From Scyliorhinus canicula (taxonomy: Eukaryota): a DNA stretch of 64,000 bases. This document shows, one piece after another, positions 36,480 through 49,175 of the stretch. The position numbers and the translations under genes are program-made. The stretch covers positions 18,596,546-18,660,545 of the forward strand of contig NC_052158.1 in the NCBI RefSeq assembly GCF_902713615.1. The letters are read 5' to 3'. Each line of letters opens with the position of its first letter. Within the stretch, counting starts at the first letter, position 1. The notes below the pieces were generated by a model that was not told the DNA's origin, searched no databases, and saw only the letters and a program-made list of their open reading frames with translations.

Positions 36480-38035
36480 CTGTCTGTCCGCTGCGTAAGG
36501 GTCACAATCGGCGGGAATGGAAAACCCCTCGGACGGAAAGGGCGGAAAATCCCCCCATTATCTCGAGAATAATCCAGTTCAGGCATTGTGAAAGTCGGGG
36601 GTGCGACCCGCGGGTGGGCCATGGGCAGGTGTCGGGAGGGTCGCGGGGCCGTCTGTCACGGCGCTCCCGATTGCACAATTCCGCGCGCAGCAGCCGGCTC
36701 TTAACTATGCCGGCTGCGAGCGTCCTTTTTACCATACAAATAAAATGCGGCCGCACTGCCCGACCGTGCCCGCCAATTGGTGCACATGTGCAGAAGCCGG
36801 CATGTTCAAGCATATTTGTCTCTTAACTTCATTCTGCAAATGATCAGGGGCGGGATTCTCTGGCCGTTCCCGCCAGGAAGATCTGTTGGTCCTGTGGACA
36901 GCGACCCGTTGCCGCAGGTTCCCCGCCAGCGAGGTTACAAACAACGGAAAACCCGTTAACAGCGGCGGGACCGGGAAATCCCGGCCAGCCAATGGTGGGC
37001 CACCTCCATCACTGCAAAATTCCCTGGGCTGGATTCTCCGTTTAAGCGACTAAGTGCCGGCGCAAACAGAGACTTCGCGGGAGCTGTACAACGGGAAAAT
37101 CGGTGCCAACCACTCACCGATTCTGGGACTGGTGAGGGGTTAGCAGTGGCCCCGGGTGACACTCCCGGCTCTTGCACTGAAAACAGCCGGAGAATGGGCA
37201 GATCCCGGGCCGCGCATGCGCACAGCTGATGACCTGCAGCGGTCAGCCGTACAACATGGTGCCAGCCATGCGTGGAGCCGACCCGTCATCCGCGATGCCA
37301 CAGGCCAGCCACTGGCCAACCCCCACCAGCCCCCGCGGAAGCCACCTCGACCAGTGGCACAGATCCCGGCCGAGTGTGGCGGTGCTGGACACACCGGGGG
37401 CGGTATTCTCCCCCCCACTCTGAGTGGGAGAATCACCGGGGCACCGCGCATGTCCCGCCACACCGCCCCGACACCCGCAGCCGATTCTCCCACCACCCCC
37501 CAAACCAGCGCGGCGAGAATCGCTGCTCAGAGAATCGCCGCTCGCCATTTGCAACAGGCGAAAGGCGATTCTTCGGCCCGGATGGGCCGAGCGGCCAGCC
37601 CAACACGACGGTTCTCGCCGGCGCCGTCCACACCTGGTCACTGCCGGCGGGAACTGCGCGGGAATGCTGGGGGGAGGGGGGGCGGCCTGTGGTGGGGGGA
37701 GAGGGATGTACCAGCACTGGGGGGGGGGGGGGTTGGAGGCCTCCTATGGGGTCTGGCCTGCGATCGGTGCGCACCGATCAGCGGGCCGGCCTCTCTGAAG
37801 GAGGATCTCCTTTCCTCCACCACCCCGCAAGATCCATCCGCCATCTTCTTGCGGGGCGGCCTCGGGGGGAGTATGTGACGTCATTTATGCGGCGCCGCTT
37901 TTATGCAGCGCCAAGGCCCGACGCGCATAAATGGCATATCGCCGCTCCTAGCCCCTAGGCTCCAACATCAGAGAGAAACACTCCAATTTTCACTCTGGCG
38001 TCGGCACTTAGACTCCCGTTGGGAGAATTGCGCCC
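36480..38035. mobile_element. Nested cluster of GC-rich Harbinger-type MITEs
   Basis: TIR-like starts at ~36848, ~37026 and 37398 and a TIR end at 38021-38035; boundaries are approximate. Confidence 0.7.
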
Positions 38036-39057
38036 GGGTTCCAGACCGCTGAGGTCACACGTGTCTCGCGCCGTTGGGAACTCAGCACATCGGGTACGGA
38101 CCATCGCGGAAGGGCCTGCTGAGGCCACACCAATGCCGTTGCAACGTGGGTGGGGGAGGAGCGAAGAAAAAAAAACAGTCTTTCCCCCAACTATCCCCCA
38201 CCATCACCACCTATTTTGTCTCATCACCTAAGTTTGATATTCAGCAACTTCTTCCTACTTTCAAATGAATAATGACAATTTTGAATAACAGTGCTTCCAG
38301 CATTGATCCTTCTTCAATCTAAATATCCCATTACCACTTTTATTTGTTTTCTATTGAGCCTCTTTATTTTCCATTCAAGCATTTGAACTTGACTCCACAG
38401 GCCTTTGTCATAAGGTTATCCTGTGGTACCCTATCAAATGCCTTTAGAAAATCCAAGTAGACCGGGATTCTCTAGTCATTGGGTTGCTGTGTTCCTGCTG
38501 GCAGCGCACTCCGGCCCATGGCTTTCCCAATGGCATTGGGTGGTTTCTATGGGAAATCACTATTCAATTTAGCTCCTAACTCTTTATACTCCCTCCTCAA
38601 GATGGCGACTGGGGGCTTTTCGCAGGAACTTCATTGCAGTGTTGATGTAAGTGTTAAACTTGTGACAATAAAGATTATTATTATTATTAGATGTCTCCAC
38701 TCAACTTTTCTATGTCATTGGTTTGACATGGAGAACTAGGCCTGGGCCTTGTTCCTCCATTTCATGATTTATGTCCAGCTAGTTTTTAAAAATAAATTTA
38801 GAGTACCCAATTAATTTTTTCCAATTAAGAGGTAATTTAGCGTGTCAATCCACCTACCCTGCACATCTTTTGGTTTGTGGGAGTGAAACCCACGCAGACA
38901 TGGGGAGAATGTGCAAACTCCTCATGGACTGTGACCCAGAGCCGGGATCGAACCTGGGACCTCGGCACCGTGAGGCAGCAGTGCTAACCACTGTGCCACG
39001 GTGTTGCCCACGTCCAGCTAGTTTTAACTATATCTTACCGTGGTACTTGCTAGGCAG

Positions 39058-39245
39058 CACTTAGGTTTAGCTGGTTTAGCTCACAAGGCTAAATCGCTGG
39101 CTTTTAAAGCAGACCAAGCAGGCCAGCAGCACGGTTCGATTCCCGTACCAGCCTCCCCGGACAGGTGCCGGAATGTGGCGACTAGGGGCTTTTCAGAGTA
39201 ACTTTATTGAAGCCTACTCGTGACAATAAGCGATTTTCATTTTTC
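39058..39245 (+). mobile_element. Short tRNA-derived SINE of another family
   Basis: A-box-like ggtttagctca, B box ggttcgattccc, tail shared with the variant V-SINEs. Confidence 0.65.
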
Positions 39246-40789
39246 ATTTTTTCTCGATTTTGGCTACAAAGAATGTAGATACCCCTGATTATAGACTGCT
39301 GTACTATATTCACTAAACATTCACTCAATTCAAGAAGTCAAATCACCACCTTCTCCCGGGATTCAGGGATAGGAAATTAATACTGGCCTAGTCAGTGATC
39401 CCCACATTACAACCCATGAATGAAGTTAAAAAAAAGCTTCAAAACATGATTGATATTAAGGCCACGATCGAATGGCACCATTGACCGTGGGCGCAAATCC
39501 CGTAAAGGCCGCAAAATCTCACGAGAGGCCACAAAAGTGATTTACGCCAGCGACATCTCAGAACGAGATCTTCCCTGTGCTCCCACCGGTGACATTGGCA
39601 GGTCGGCATTCAGGAAGAGCACGAGCCTGATTTTTATGAATTAACATGAGAGTAGTGGGCTTGACGCCGCTAATCGAGCCCTCGGCCTAAATTCCCACCC
39701 AGATGGCGTGATGTCACACCGGCACAAATTTCAAAAATGAAAACCAGTCGAGATGACCAAACTGAGGGCACGCAGGTAGGCATGGCCACCGGATGGTGCG
39801 AAACATCCTGGGTATTACTCCCTGGCAGCGTCCCCTGGCACGGCCTACTGGCTCTGCACCTTGGCACTGCCCCTGCGGGCTGGAGGGATGTTTGCTCTCC
39901 TCCGTGAGGGAATGGGTTGAAAAGGGTGCCCCGATCTCGGGATTCCCAGGGTTTCCCCACCCTGCTAGCTGTCAGTGTGAATCTCGCCTCCCCCTTTGAA
40001 ATTGCTCAGTGCTGTTCAATATGGTGTGAAAGGCAGCTGTGAAGCATGTCAGCTTCACACTGGTTTTCTCGCCTGAGCCAACACTCTGTGCATTTTTTGG
40101 GAAGATTACAGCCTAAGTCTATGAGTATACTGAAAATCATGTGTCAAATTCAGGCTGCACAATATCAATCTTACTGCTTGTAATGTGAGCCCACTGCACT
40201 GGCCTTCTGCCCACTCGCTGAATGCTGCAGAAGTTTGGCTGGCATAAGATCTACAAAGGAGAACGGCAGCAGCAAAGTTCTAGTTGTGCAGAATTACACG
40301 TTTCATTTTACATTCTCACGCAATTGTGAGGGAACAGTAAGCAGCGATAGTTGTGGGGAATGTGTTGACCAAATATCTCAACATAATAGAGGGCGGAATG
40401 GAAAATTACGTCACAGATACATGTGTGTGTGTGTTTGTGGAATAAAGTGTTTGTACAGAGAAAAACTCTGGTGAAAAAGTAACTGTTTGTGGTTGCTGCA
40501 GCTGTTATAAAGTATATTTTTGCAAGAACTAAAAGAATCGCCCAGGCTACTTACTTGGCTGAGTGTGAAGCCATGATTATGAGGGTGGTTCGCCCAGGAT
40601 TCTGATCATGTTTCCCTCTGCATTTGTGCGAGTGTTGATTTGTGTTGGATTCGTTTCTTTTATCAGGGAGGTTTCAATGCAGGTTTTTGAACTCTTACCT
40701 TTTGGTGTTGGTAGTTCTCCGTTGGGTGTTTGTTTTCCTTGAAGGGGCTTCAGAGGCTAAAAGAGGTGATGGCTGCAACATTGACGAGA

Positions 40790-41260
40790 CCTAAACCAGG
40801 AGCAACACAGCAACGTGAGGGTGGTGGTGAAAGACAGAGAAGGAGGTACACCCATTGACCGTGTCTTCTTCAGTAAGAGAATCCTTCTTGATTCCCGTGG
40901 GTTCGAAGCTCTGATGTTTCCTGTCTGTAGGACTTCCCCAGCACTGATACTTTGATGCGACCTTCAAGAATGTCGCTGCCTGCATCAAGCTCCGGAAAGT
41001 GTTTGAAAAGAGAGACCTGCCACACCGGAGAACCCTCACAGCAGAGCCCCTCTTTACTTGTCATCTCCACTGGACCATGTGGTGAGTGTGCACCTCTACA
41101 ACGCCCATATTACGGTCGTAGGTTTCCACATCTTTCTCGCCAGGTATGCCGGCAAGATTGGCAATGGCTCTGAGATCAAGGATGCCTTTTGAGTCTGGAT
41201 CAATAAACACCAGGTCAAGGTAACACCAGGTCACGGATCATAAACAGTGCTGACAAGCGA
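40790..41260 (+). mobile_element. Degenerate Tx1/L1 ORF1 (ZCCHC3-like) fragment
   Basis: Conceptual translation across frameshifts: VVVKDRE...DRVFFSKRILL...VSVHLYNAHI...FLARYAGKIGNGSEIKD..VW. Confidence 0.55.
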
Positions 41261-41356
41261 CACTTGCTCAGCAATAACCTGCTCTGTCCTTCGCCTCCCT
41301 GGTGGCCCGGAGACAGATTTTGCTGGGATGGAGGGACTCAGAGCCTCCAAAGTCAG

Positions 41357-41551
41357 GGGCGTGTGTCAGCGACATGGCAGGGGTTTCTTAAACTAGAGAA
41401 AATTAAGTTTGCCTTAAGGGATTCGTTAGGGGGATTCGCTCAGAGGTGGCAGCCGTTCATCATCTTCTTCAAGGAAAAGGGGGGGAGTGGATCTCTCTGT
41501 TTAAAATGTAAAAATTATAAATGCCTTAATAAAATATTTTCTAAAAAAAAA
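41357..41551 (+). mobile_element. L1/Tx1 3' end with polyA
   Basis: FLKLEKIKFALR...RWQPF, then AATAAA and an A tail; homologous to 43960-44050. Confidence 0.75.
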
Positions 41552-43100
41552 GCAATAACGACGTGCTCACTGAAGCTTAGTTTGGGTTCTGCCAGGGACA
41601 CTCAGCCTCTTACATCATTTCAGTCTTGGTTCAAACATGGACAAAAGAGCTGAACTCAAGAGGTGAGGTGAGAGTGACTGCCCTTGACATCAAGCCAGTA
41701 TTCAATTGAGTATAACATAGAAAAACTGGAGTCAATGGAAAAGCTCTGCTGGTTGGAGTCACACCTGGCGCAAAGGAAGATGGTGTGGTTGGAGGAGGTC
41801 AATCATCTCAGCTCCAGGACATCACTGTTGGATTTACTCAGGGAAGAGAGAAGCAAAAATAGACATTGGACCTCTGGAAAATGTGGCTGGACAAGTAATA
41901 ATAGGAAACAAAGAGATGGCAGAGGAACTGAATTGTTACTTTGCATCAGTCTTCACGGTGGAAGACACCAGTGGGACACCTGAGCTCCAGGAGAATCAAG
42001 GGGCAGAGGTGAGTGCAGTGACCATCACTAAGGAGAATGTTCTGGGTAAACTGAAAGGTATGAAGGTGGATAAATCACTTGGACTGGATGGACCACAACC
42101 CAGGGTCCAAAAAGAGATAACTGAGGAGATTGTGGAGGCATTGGTGGTGATCTTTCAGGAATCACTGGAGGCAGGGACGGTGCCAGAGGACTGGAAAGTG
42201 GAAAATGTAACACCACTGTTTAAGAAGGGAGGGAGGCAGAAGATGGGAAATTACAGGCCGGTTAGCCAGACTTCGGTTATTGGTAAGATTTTAGAGTCCA
42301 TTATTAAAGATGAGATCGCGGAGTACTTGGAACTGCATGGTAAAATAGGACTGAGTCAGCACGGCTTTGTCAAAGGGAGGTCATGTCTGGCAAATCTGTT
42401 AGAGTTCTTTGAAAACGTAACAAGGAAGTTAGACAAAGGAGAACCAGTGGACGTGATTTATTTAGATTTTCAGAAGGCCTTTGACAAGGTGCCGCATACG
42501 AGGCTGTTAAATAAGTTAAGAGCCAATGGTGTTAAAGGTAAGATCCTGGTATGGATAGAGGATTGGCTGACTGGCAGAAGGCAGAGAGTGGGGATAAAGG
42601 GGTCTTTTTCAGAATGGCAGCCGGTGACTAGTGGTGTGCCTCAGGGGTCTGTGCTGGGACCTCAATTTTTCACAACATACATTAATGATTTGGAAGAAGG
42701 AACTGAAGGCACTGTTACTCAGTTTGCAGATGATACAAAGATCTGTAGAGGGGCAGGTAGTATTGAGGAAGCAGGCAGGCTGCAGAAGGACTTGGACAGG
42801 CTAGGAGAGTGGGCAAAGAAGTGGCAGATGGAATACAATGTGGAAAAGTGTACAGTTATGCACTTTGGAAGGAGAAATGGGGGCATAGACTATTTTCTAA
42901 ATGGGGAAATGCTCAGGAAATCAAAAGCACAAAGGGACTTGGGAGTCCTTGTTCATGGTTCACTTAAGGTTTATGTGCAGGTTGAGTCAGCAGTTAGGAA
43001 GGCAAATGCAATGTTAGCATTCATGTCGAGAAGGCTAGGATACAAGAGCAGGGATGTACTTCTGAGGCAGTATAAGGCTCTGGTCAGACTCCATTTAGAA

Positions 43101-43410
43101 CATAGAACATACAGTGCAGAAGGGGGCCATTCGGCCCATCGTGTCTGCACCAACCCACTCACTTCCACCCTATCCCTGTAACCCAATAACCCCTCCTAAC
43201 ATTTTTGGGCATGAAGGGCAATTTAGCATGGCCAATCCACCCAACCTGCACGTCTTTGGACTGTGGGAGGAACCGGAGCACCCGTAGGAAACCCACGCAG
43301 ACACGGGGAAAATGTGCAAACTCCGCACAGTCAGTGACCCAGCGGGGAATGGAACCTGGGACCCTGGAGTTGTGAAGCCACAGTGCTAGCCACTTGTGCT
43401 ACTGTGCTGC
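43101..43410 (-). mobile_element. V-SINE inserted in CR1
   Basis: Reverse complement of the consensus, splitting VRLHLE|YC. Confidence 0.85.
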
Positions 43411-43581
43411 CACTTTGGAGTATTGTGAGCAGTTGTGAGCCCCGTATCTAAGGAAGGATGTGCTGGTCTTGGAAAGGGTCCAGAGGAGGTTCACAAGAAT
43501 AATCCCTGGAATAAAGAACTTGTTGTATGAGGAATGGTTGAGGACTCTGGTTCTGTACTTGTTGGGGTTTAGAAGGATGAG

Positions 43582-44283
43582 TCCTACCTGGGCGAGTCTC
43601 AGTTTAATTCAATTTAAGGTGCTGCATAGGGCGCACATGACTGGGGCAAGGCTGAGCCGGTTCTTTGGGAGAGAGGACAGGTGTGTCAGGTGTTCAGGGA
43701 GCCCAGCAAACCACACCCACATGTTTTGGGCGGGCCCTGCGCTGGAGGGTTTTTGGAGGGGCATTGCGGAGACGCTGTCAAGGGTGGTTGGTTCCAGGGT
43801 TGAGCTGGGCTGGGGGCTCACAATATTTGGGGTAGCAGTGGAGTCGGGAGTGCAGGAGGCGAACGAGGCTGGTATTCTGGCCTTTGCGTCCCTGGTAGCC
43901 CGGCGCAGGATTCTTCTACAGTGGAAGGATGCGAGGCCCCCGGGCGTGAAATCCTGGGTCAACGATATGGCTGGGTTTATCAAACTGGAGAGGGTCAAGT
44001 TTGCCTTAAGGGGGTCGGTGCAAGGGTTCTTCTGACGGTGGCAACCGTTTCTAGACTTTCTGGCGGAGCATTAGAGGATGGTCAGCAACAGCAGCAATCC
44101 GGGGTGGTGGGGGGATCGTTTTTTCCTTTATCGGGTGTGTATATTTGTTCTCATGTTAATTATTTTTGTTAATTTATTGTTTTTGTATTGGGGGGAGGTC
44201 TACTGTTCTTATTTTTATTTTTCTTCTGTTCTTGTTGTTTTAAACTTGCTGAAAACTTGAATAAAAATTATTTTTTAAAAAAA
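43582..44283 (+). mobile_element. 5'-truncated L1/Tx1 insertion (ORF2 C-terminal zinc-knuckle region, 3' UTR, polyA)
   Basis: TSD AGAAGGATGAG at 43571-43581 and 44284-44294; IQFKVLHR..CVRCSGSPANHTHMFW. Confidence 0.92.
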
Positions 44284-45376
44284 AGAAGGATGAGAGGGGA
44301 TCTTATTGAAACTTACAGTATACGGCGAGGCCTCGATAGAGTGGATGTAGAGAGGATGTTTCCACTTGTAGCAATAACTAGACGCAGAGGGTGCAATCTC
44401 AGACTAAAGGAACGATCCTTTAAAACAGAGGTGAGGAGGAATTTCTTCAGCCAGAGGGTGGTGAATCTGTGGAACTCTTTGCCGCAGAATGCTGTGGAGG
44501 CCAAAACACTGAGTGTCTTTAAAACAGAGAAAGATGGCAGCACGGTGGCGCAGTGTGTAACACTGCTGTCTCACAGCGCTGAGGTCCCAGGTTCGATCCT
44601 GGCTCTGGGTCACTGTCTGTGTGGGGTTTCCACATTTTCCCCGTGTGTGCTCCTACAGCCCATAAATGTGCAGGGCAGGTGGATTGACCATGCTAAATTG
44701 TCCCTTAATTGGAAAAAAATGAATTGGGTACTCTAAATTAAAAGAAAGCAGAGAAAGATAGGTTCTTGATTAATAAGGGGATCAGTTCGAATCCTGCCCT
44801 GGGTCAATGACCGTGTGGAGTTTGCACATTCTCCCCCTGTCTGCGTGGGTTTCACCGCCACACCCAAAGATGTGCAGGTTAGGTGGATTGGCCACACTAA
44901 ATTGCCCCTTAATTGGAAAAAAAATAATTGGGTACTCTAAATAAAAAAGATTTTTAAATAAGGGGATCATGGATTATGGAGAGAAGGCAGGAGAATGGGG
45001 ATGAGAAAAATATCAGCCATGATTGAATGGGGGAGCAGGCTCGATGGGCCGAGTGGCCTAATTCTGCTCCTATGTCTTATGGTCTTATTGGGTAGTGTCC
45101 TTAGCCCAACCATCTTCAGCTGTCTCATGAATGGTTTTTCTTTCATCAGAAGGTCAAAAGTGGGAATGGTTATTGGTGACTGCAGAAAGTTCCGAATCAT
45201 TCACGACCCCTCCAGTGAAGCAGTCCATGTCCGAATGCAGCAAGACCTGGACAATACCCAGGCTTGGGCTAACAAGTAACATTCGTGCCACACAAGTGGC
45301 AGGGAGTGACCATCTCCAACAAGAGAGTATCTAACCATTGCCCTTTGTTATTAAATGGCATGACCATCACTGAGTT

Positions 45377-45728
45377 GGGCAGCAGGGTAGCATGGTGGTT
45401 AGCATAAATGCTTCACAGCTCCAGGGTCCCAGGTTCGATTCCCGGCTGGGTCACTGTCTGTGTGGAGTCTGCACGTCCTCCCCCTGTGTGCGTGGGTTTC
45501 CTCCGGGTGCTCCGGTTTCCTCCCACAGTCCAAAGATGTGCGGGTTAGGTGGATTGGCCATGTTAAATTGCCCGTAGTGTCCTAATAAAAAAAGTAAGGT
45601 TAAGGGGGAGGTTGTTGGGTTACGGGTATAGGGTGGATACGTGGGTTTGAGTGGGGTGATCATGGCTTGGCACAACATTGAGGGCCAAAGGGCCTGTTCT
45701 GTGCTGTACTGTTCTATGTTCTATGTTC
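45377..45728 (+). mobile_element. HE1-like V-SINE
   Basis: Full consensus. Confidence 0.87.
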
Positions 45729-46673
45729 CTCTATTATCAATATCGTGGGGGTCACCATTAACCAGAAACCCAACTGAACTAGCCATATACATACTGTGGC
45801 TACCAAAGCAGGTCAGAGGCTCGGAATCCTGGGGTGAGTAACTCGCCTCCTGACTCCCCAAATCCTGTCCACAATCGACAAGGCAGAGGTCTGATGGTCT
45901 CCCATTGTCTGGATAAGTACAGCTCCAGCTACACTCAAGAAGCTTGGCACCATCCAGCAGCCCGTTTGATTGGCATCCCTTCTACAAATAGTCACTCCCT
46001 CCACCACCGACATGCACTGGCAGCCGCTGCACCGGCTACAAGGTGCACTGCAGGAACTCATTTCTTAGCTCTTTGTGCATAGAATTAGGTGTTTAATCTT
46101 TACGTTTTTAAGTGACCACAAATGTTCTAGTTGCCACTGATTGTGCCAAATTCAAATTCTGTTTCCGGCTTTATATGTATTTAAAGCTTGATGCTGCTGT
46201 TTGAAGTGGCTGAGTATGCTTCACTGCATCGAATGAGCAGAAAAATATCACAATCCTGTTTCAACCGCAATCTACCTCATCAGGTCAATGTGGAGAGCGT
46301 TCTGTCTAATTCTCATTTGAATTCGGACAAAAGAAGCCTGTCCGCAATTTTTCAGGACAGGAATGTAGCTGACAAGGTTTTTTTTTTGTCTTGATGCAGC
46401 ACAAATTAACAGCTCAGATATTCCACTTTTTCAAAAAATGTATCAATAAGCAACCAAATAGAATCACAGAACCTTTATGGCGCAGAAGGAGGTTATTTCA
46501 CCCTCCAAATGTGCATCATGACCGAGCACCACTCTCCTATATTTTCTCCATATCTCTGCACATCGTTTCTATTTATATAATCATCGAACACCGTCCTTAA
46601 TGCTTTGATTAAAACCTTCAAACCGCCAAACCTTCAGGCAGTGAATTCCAAACACTGGCTATGTGAAAAAGAT

Positions 46674-47331
46674 GGGCGGTATTCCCCCCCCCCCCCCCCC
46701 CCCCCCAACACGCCGGGCGGGAGAATCGCCGGGGCATGCGTGAATCGCGCCACGCCGCCCCAACCCCCGCACGTGATTCTCCCACCCCACTGAAACCAGC
46801 GCCGCGCGAATTGTGCCGGGCCGCTCGGAGAATCGCTGCAAACGTCAAGCGGCGATTCTCCGGCCCGGATGGGCCAAGCGGCCGCTCCAACACGTCAGGT
46901 TCCCGCCGGCGCCGTCCACCCCTGGTCGCTGCCGGCGGGAACTGTGCAGGAATGCTGGGGGGGGGAAGGGGGTTCCCTCACTGGGGGGGCCTCCGATGGG
47001 AACTGGCCACGATCGAGGCCCACCGATCGGCAGGCCGGCCTCCCCCCCCCCCCCCCCGGGGCCTACCTCCTTCCGTGGCCGGCCCCAGAACACTGGCGCC
47101 ATGTTGGTGAGGGGCCGCCGTGCGTAAGAAGTTTCCCGCGCATGCGCAGGATGGCACGGCCCATTTGGCGCCGCATAGGGACGCTGGAGTGGCGTGAACC
47201 ACTCAAGCGCCATGCTGGCCCGCTGTGGGGGCCAGAATAGGTATTGCCCGGGACCTGTTCGCGCCGTCATGAAACGCGACAGCATTCACAATGGCGCAGG
47301 CACTTAGTCCCGGGAGCGGAAAATCCCGCCC
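46674..47331. mobile_element. Harbinger-type MITE with a 3-bp TSD
   Basis: GGGCGGTATT...AATCCCGCCC flanked by GAT on both sides. Confidence 0.8.
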
Positions 47332-47459
47332 GATTTTTTTCTCACATTACATTTGCTTCTTTTGCAAATCACTTTAAATCTGTGCCCTCTCGTTCTCAAT
47401 TCTTTCACGAGCACAAGCAGTTTCTCCCTAAGTACCCTGTCCAGGCCCCTCACACACAT

Positions 47460-47870
47460 TCATGATCTCCAGATGGCGGTCGTACATAAGTTGGACGTTC
47501 TGCGAGTGGAACCCCTTCCTGATGATGAAGGGAACTCCCCGACTGCCCAGTGCGTGCAAGCGACCTGCGGGCCATATATTATCCCCTGGACCTTGGGCAT
47601 CCCAGGAGAATCCTGCTGCCCGGGCATCTTGGTGGGCTTTGTCCAGGTCAAAGTTTACGCAGTCGGCTGCCCGGGCGAACAGGGCATCCGTGACTTTATA
47701 GCTGCACCTGTGGGCTATTGGTTGCCGCAGACGTTCCTGCTCGAGCCCTGCAATGAACCTGAGATGTAAACATTCAGGGCTGCGGTGACCTTGAGCGGCC
47801 TCCTCCCATCGGCATCATCGGGATCTCGCCGCAGTGTGGCGAGAAACCAATTATCACCACTTAAACCTCA
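47460..47870 (-). pseudogene. Harbinger transposase N-terminal half, decayed
   Basis: KVTAALNVYISGSLQG... and GMPKVQGII on the minus strand. Confidence 0.72.
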
Positions 47871-48039
47871 TTTCCATACAATTAATGAGAGTCACCCCTT
47901 ATCCAATAGCTTCCCGACATTCAGCGGCCTGCCCAGCAAGCGCTCACGCTGGCGCCGATTAGGACACCTTTTTAAAAACGTGAACTTTGCGGAAGGACTC
48001 CCACCCTGGAGTTCACGTCCTGCACAAAGGTTTCCACTG

Positions 48040-49175
48040 CAGACCTCACAGGGTTGGCCTGGTTGCCTGAAAGTGACTGCACCATCTCCTTAGGCAGAAT
48101 GCAATGGGACTCCTCCAGTCAGCCTTGCAGTCCAAGGAGGGATATTCCTGATATTCATGGCTCTGCCTTTGCAGTTTCAGAAGCTGGGAGATGACTGTCC
48201 CCAGGGGCATGTCACCTGACCCGGGCTCTGCGCAGTCCTGGGCTCCGGCATCCCTCAAAGTGTCGGAAGACTGGGCCGTCCCTGGATCATCAGCTGTGAG
48301 GTGCTCACCAGTGAGTGACCCAGAAGCTGCCACTAAAGATTCCCCCCCCCGAGGTGTGAGTATCTACACTGGTAGAGGGTTTGGGTGACAGCTATGATGC
48401 CTCCTCAATGCTAATCTCTCAGATATTTCCCTCTGAGCTGCTAGGGTCCATCGTGTCCAGATGGGGAGAGGATGGGCCGAGCTGGCTGACTGATTGACCT
48501 GGAAGGGAAGGGAGATTAGTGCATGGAAGAGGCTGAAGGATAGCAGCACGTGAGGCTGGTGCCATCGCTGGGTTTGCTGGGAGTTCTCACTTTTGTCTAT
48601 TGCCCCCACCTCACTCTCAGCACAGGTTCGGTCCTGCTCCTCTCCAGCCAGCCCAGGGGCCCTATCCTCAAACGGAGTGACGGTCCTCGGCTCGGGCCTC
48701 ACTTCGGTGGGCTGTGGTTGCTCACACTGATTGTGCTCGAGCCTGTCCTGCAATAAGACAAATGGGGAGAATGTGGGTGGTTTGCGTGTTGGGTCAGATG
48801 GTAAAGATGGTAAAAATGGCAGGCATGGGTGTTAGGTGAGTGGGAGTGAGGATGTGGGGGATCGTGGGGAGAGGGGTGGCACGGTGAGTGTTGGGACTGT
48901 GCAAGGTGGCCGGGAGTGAGATCACTGCGGAAGTGTGTGACGAGTGAGTTAATGTCTGCATGGTGACGAGTGAGAGTCACTTACCACAATGAAGGTCACT
49001 TACCCTGGCTGCACAAACAGAGTCATTCATCTTCTTCCTGCACTGGATCCCCGTTTCCTTATGTAGTGATGCTCACTACCTCTGCCATCACCTCCCGTGT
49101 GGGGTTAGTCACCTTGCTGGCAGGCCGTCTGCCCGTGTGAAGGTGGAGGAATTCACACCTCTGCTCCATCCCATT
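48040..49175 (-). pseudogene. Harbinger Myb/SANT-like partner gene, decayed exons
   Basis: Trihelix-like RRPASKVTNP...GIQCRKKMND..AAR|gtaagt, followed by exon DRLEHNQ...TPFEDRAPGLAG...EVG|gtgaga. Confidence 0.7.

Larger units (their letters stand above)
41860..44540 (+). mobile_element. CR1 LINE ORF2 (RT domain open 41883-43100), interrupted by a SINE and an L1 fragment
   Basis: NYRPVS, YLDFQKAFDKVPH, GVPQGSVLGP, FADDTK; the frame resumes after each insertion. Confidence 0.93.

Noticed and set aside
36389-37958. Long overlapping ORFs (up to 240 aa) here and at 16595-17465 and 46618-47285
   Set aside because: GC-rich MITE sequence is stop-poor in all six frames; no domain motifs.
40231-40336. 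Additional cytoplasmic exon of the receptor
   Set aside because: A donor-like GTAAGC exists at 40337, but the candidate acceptors lack a polypyrimidine tract (40292) or break the phase (40231).
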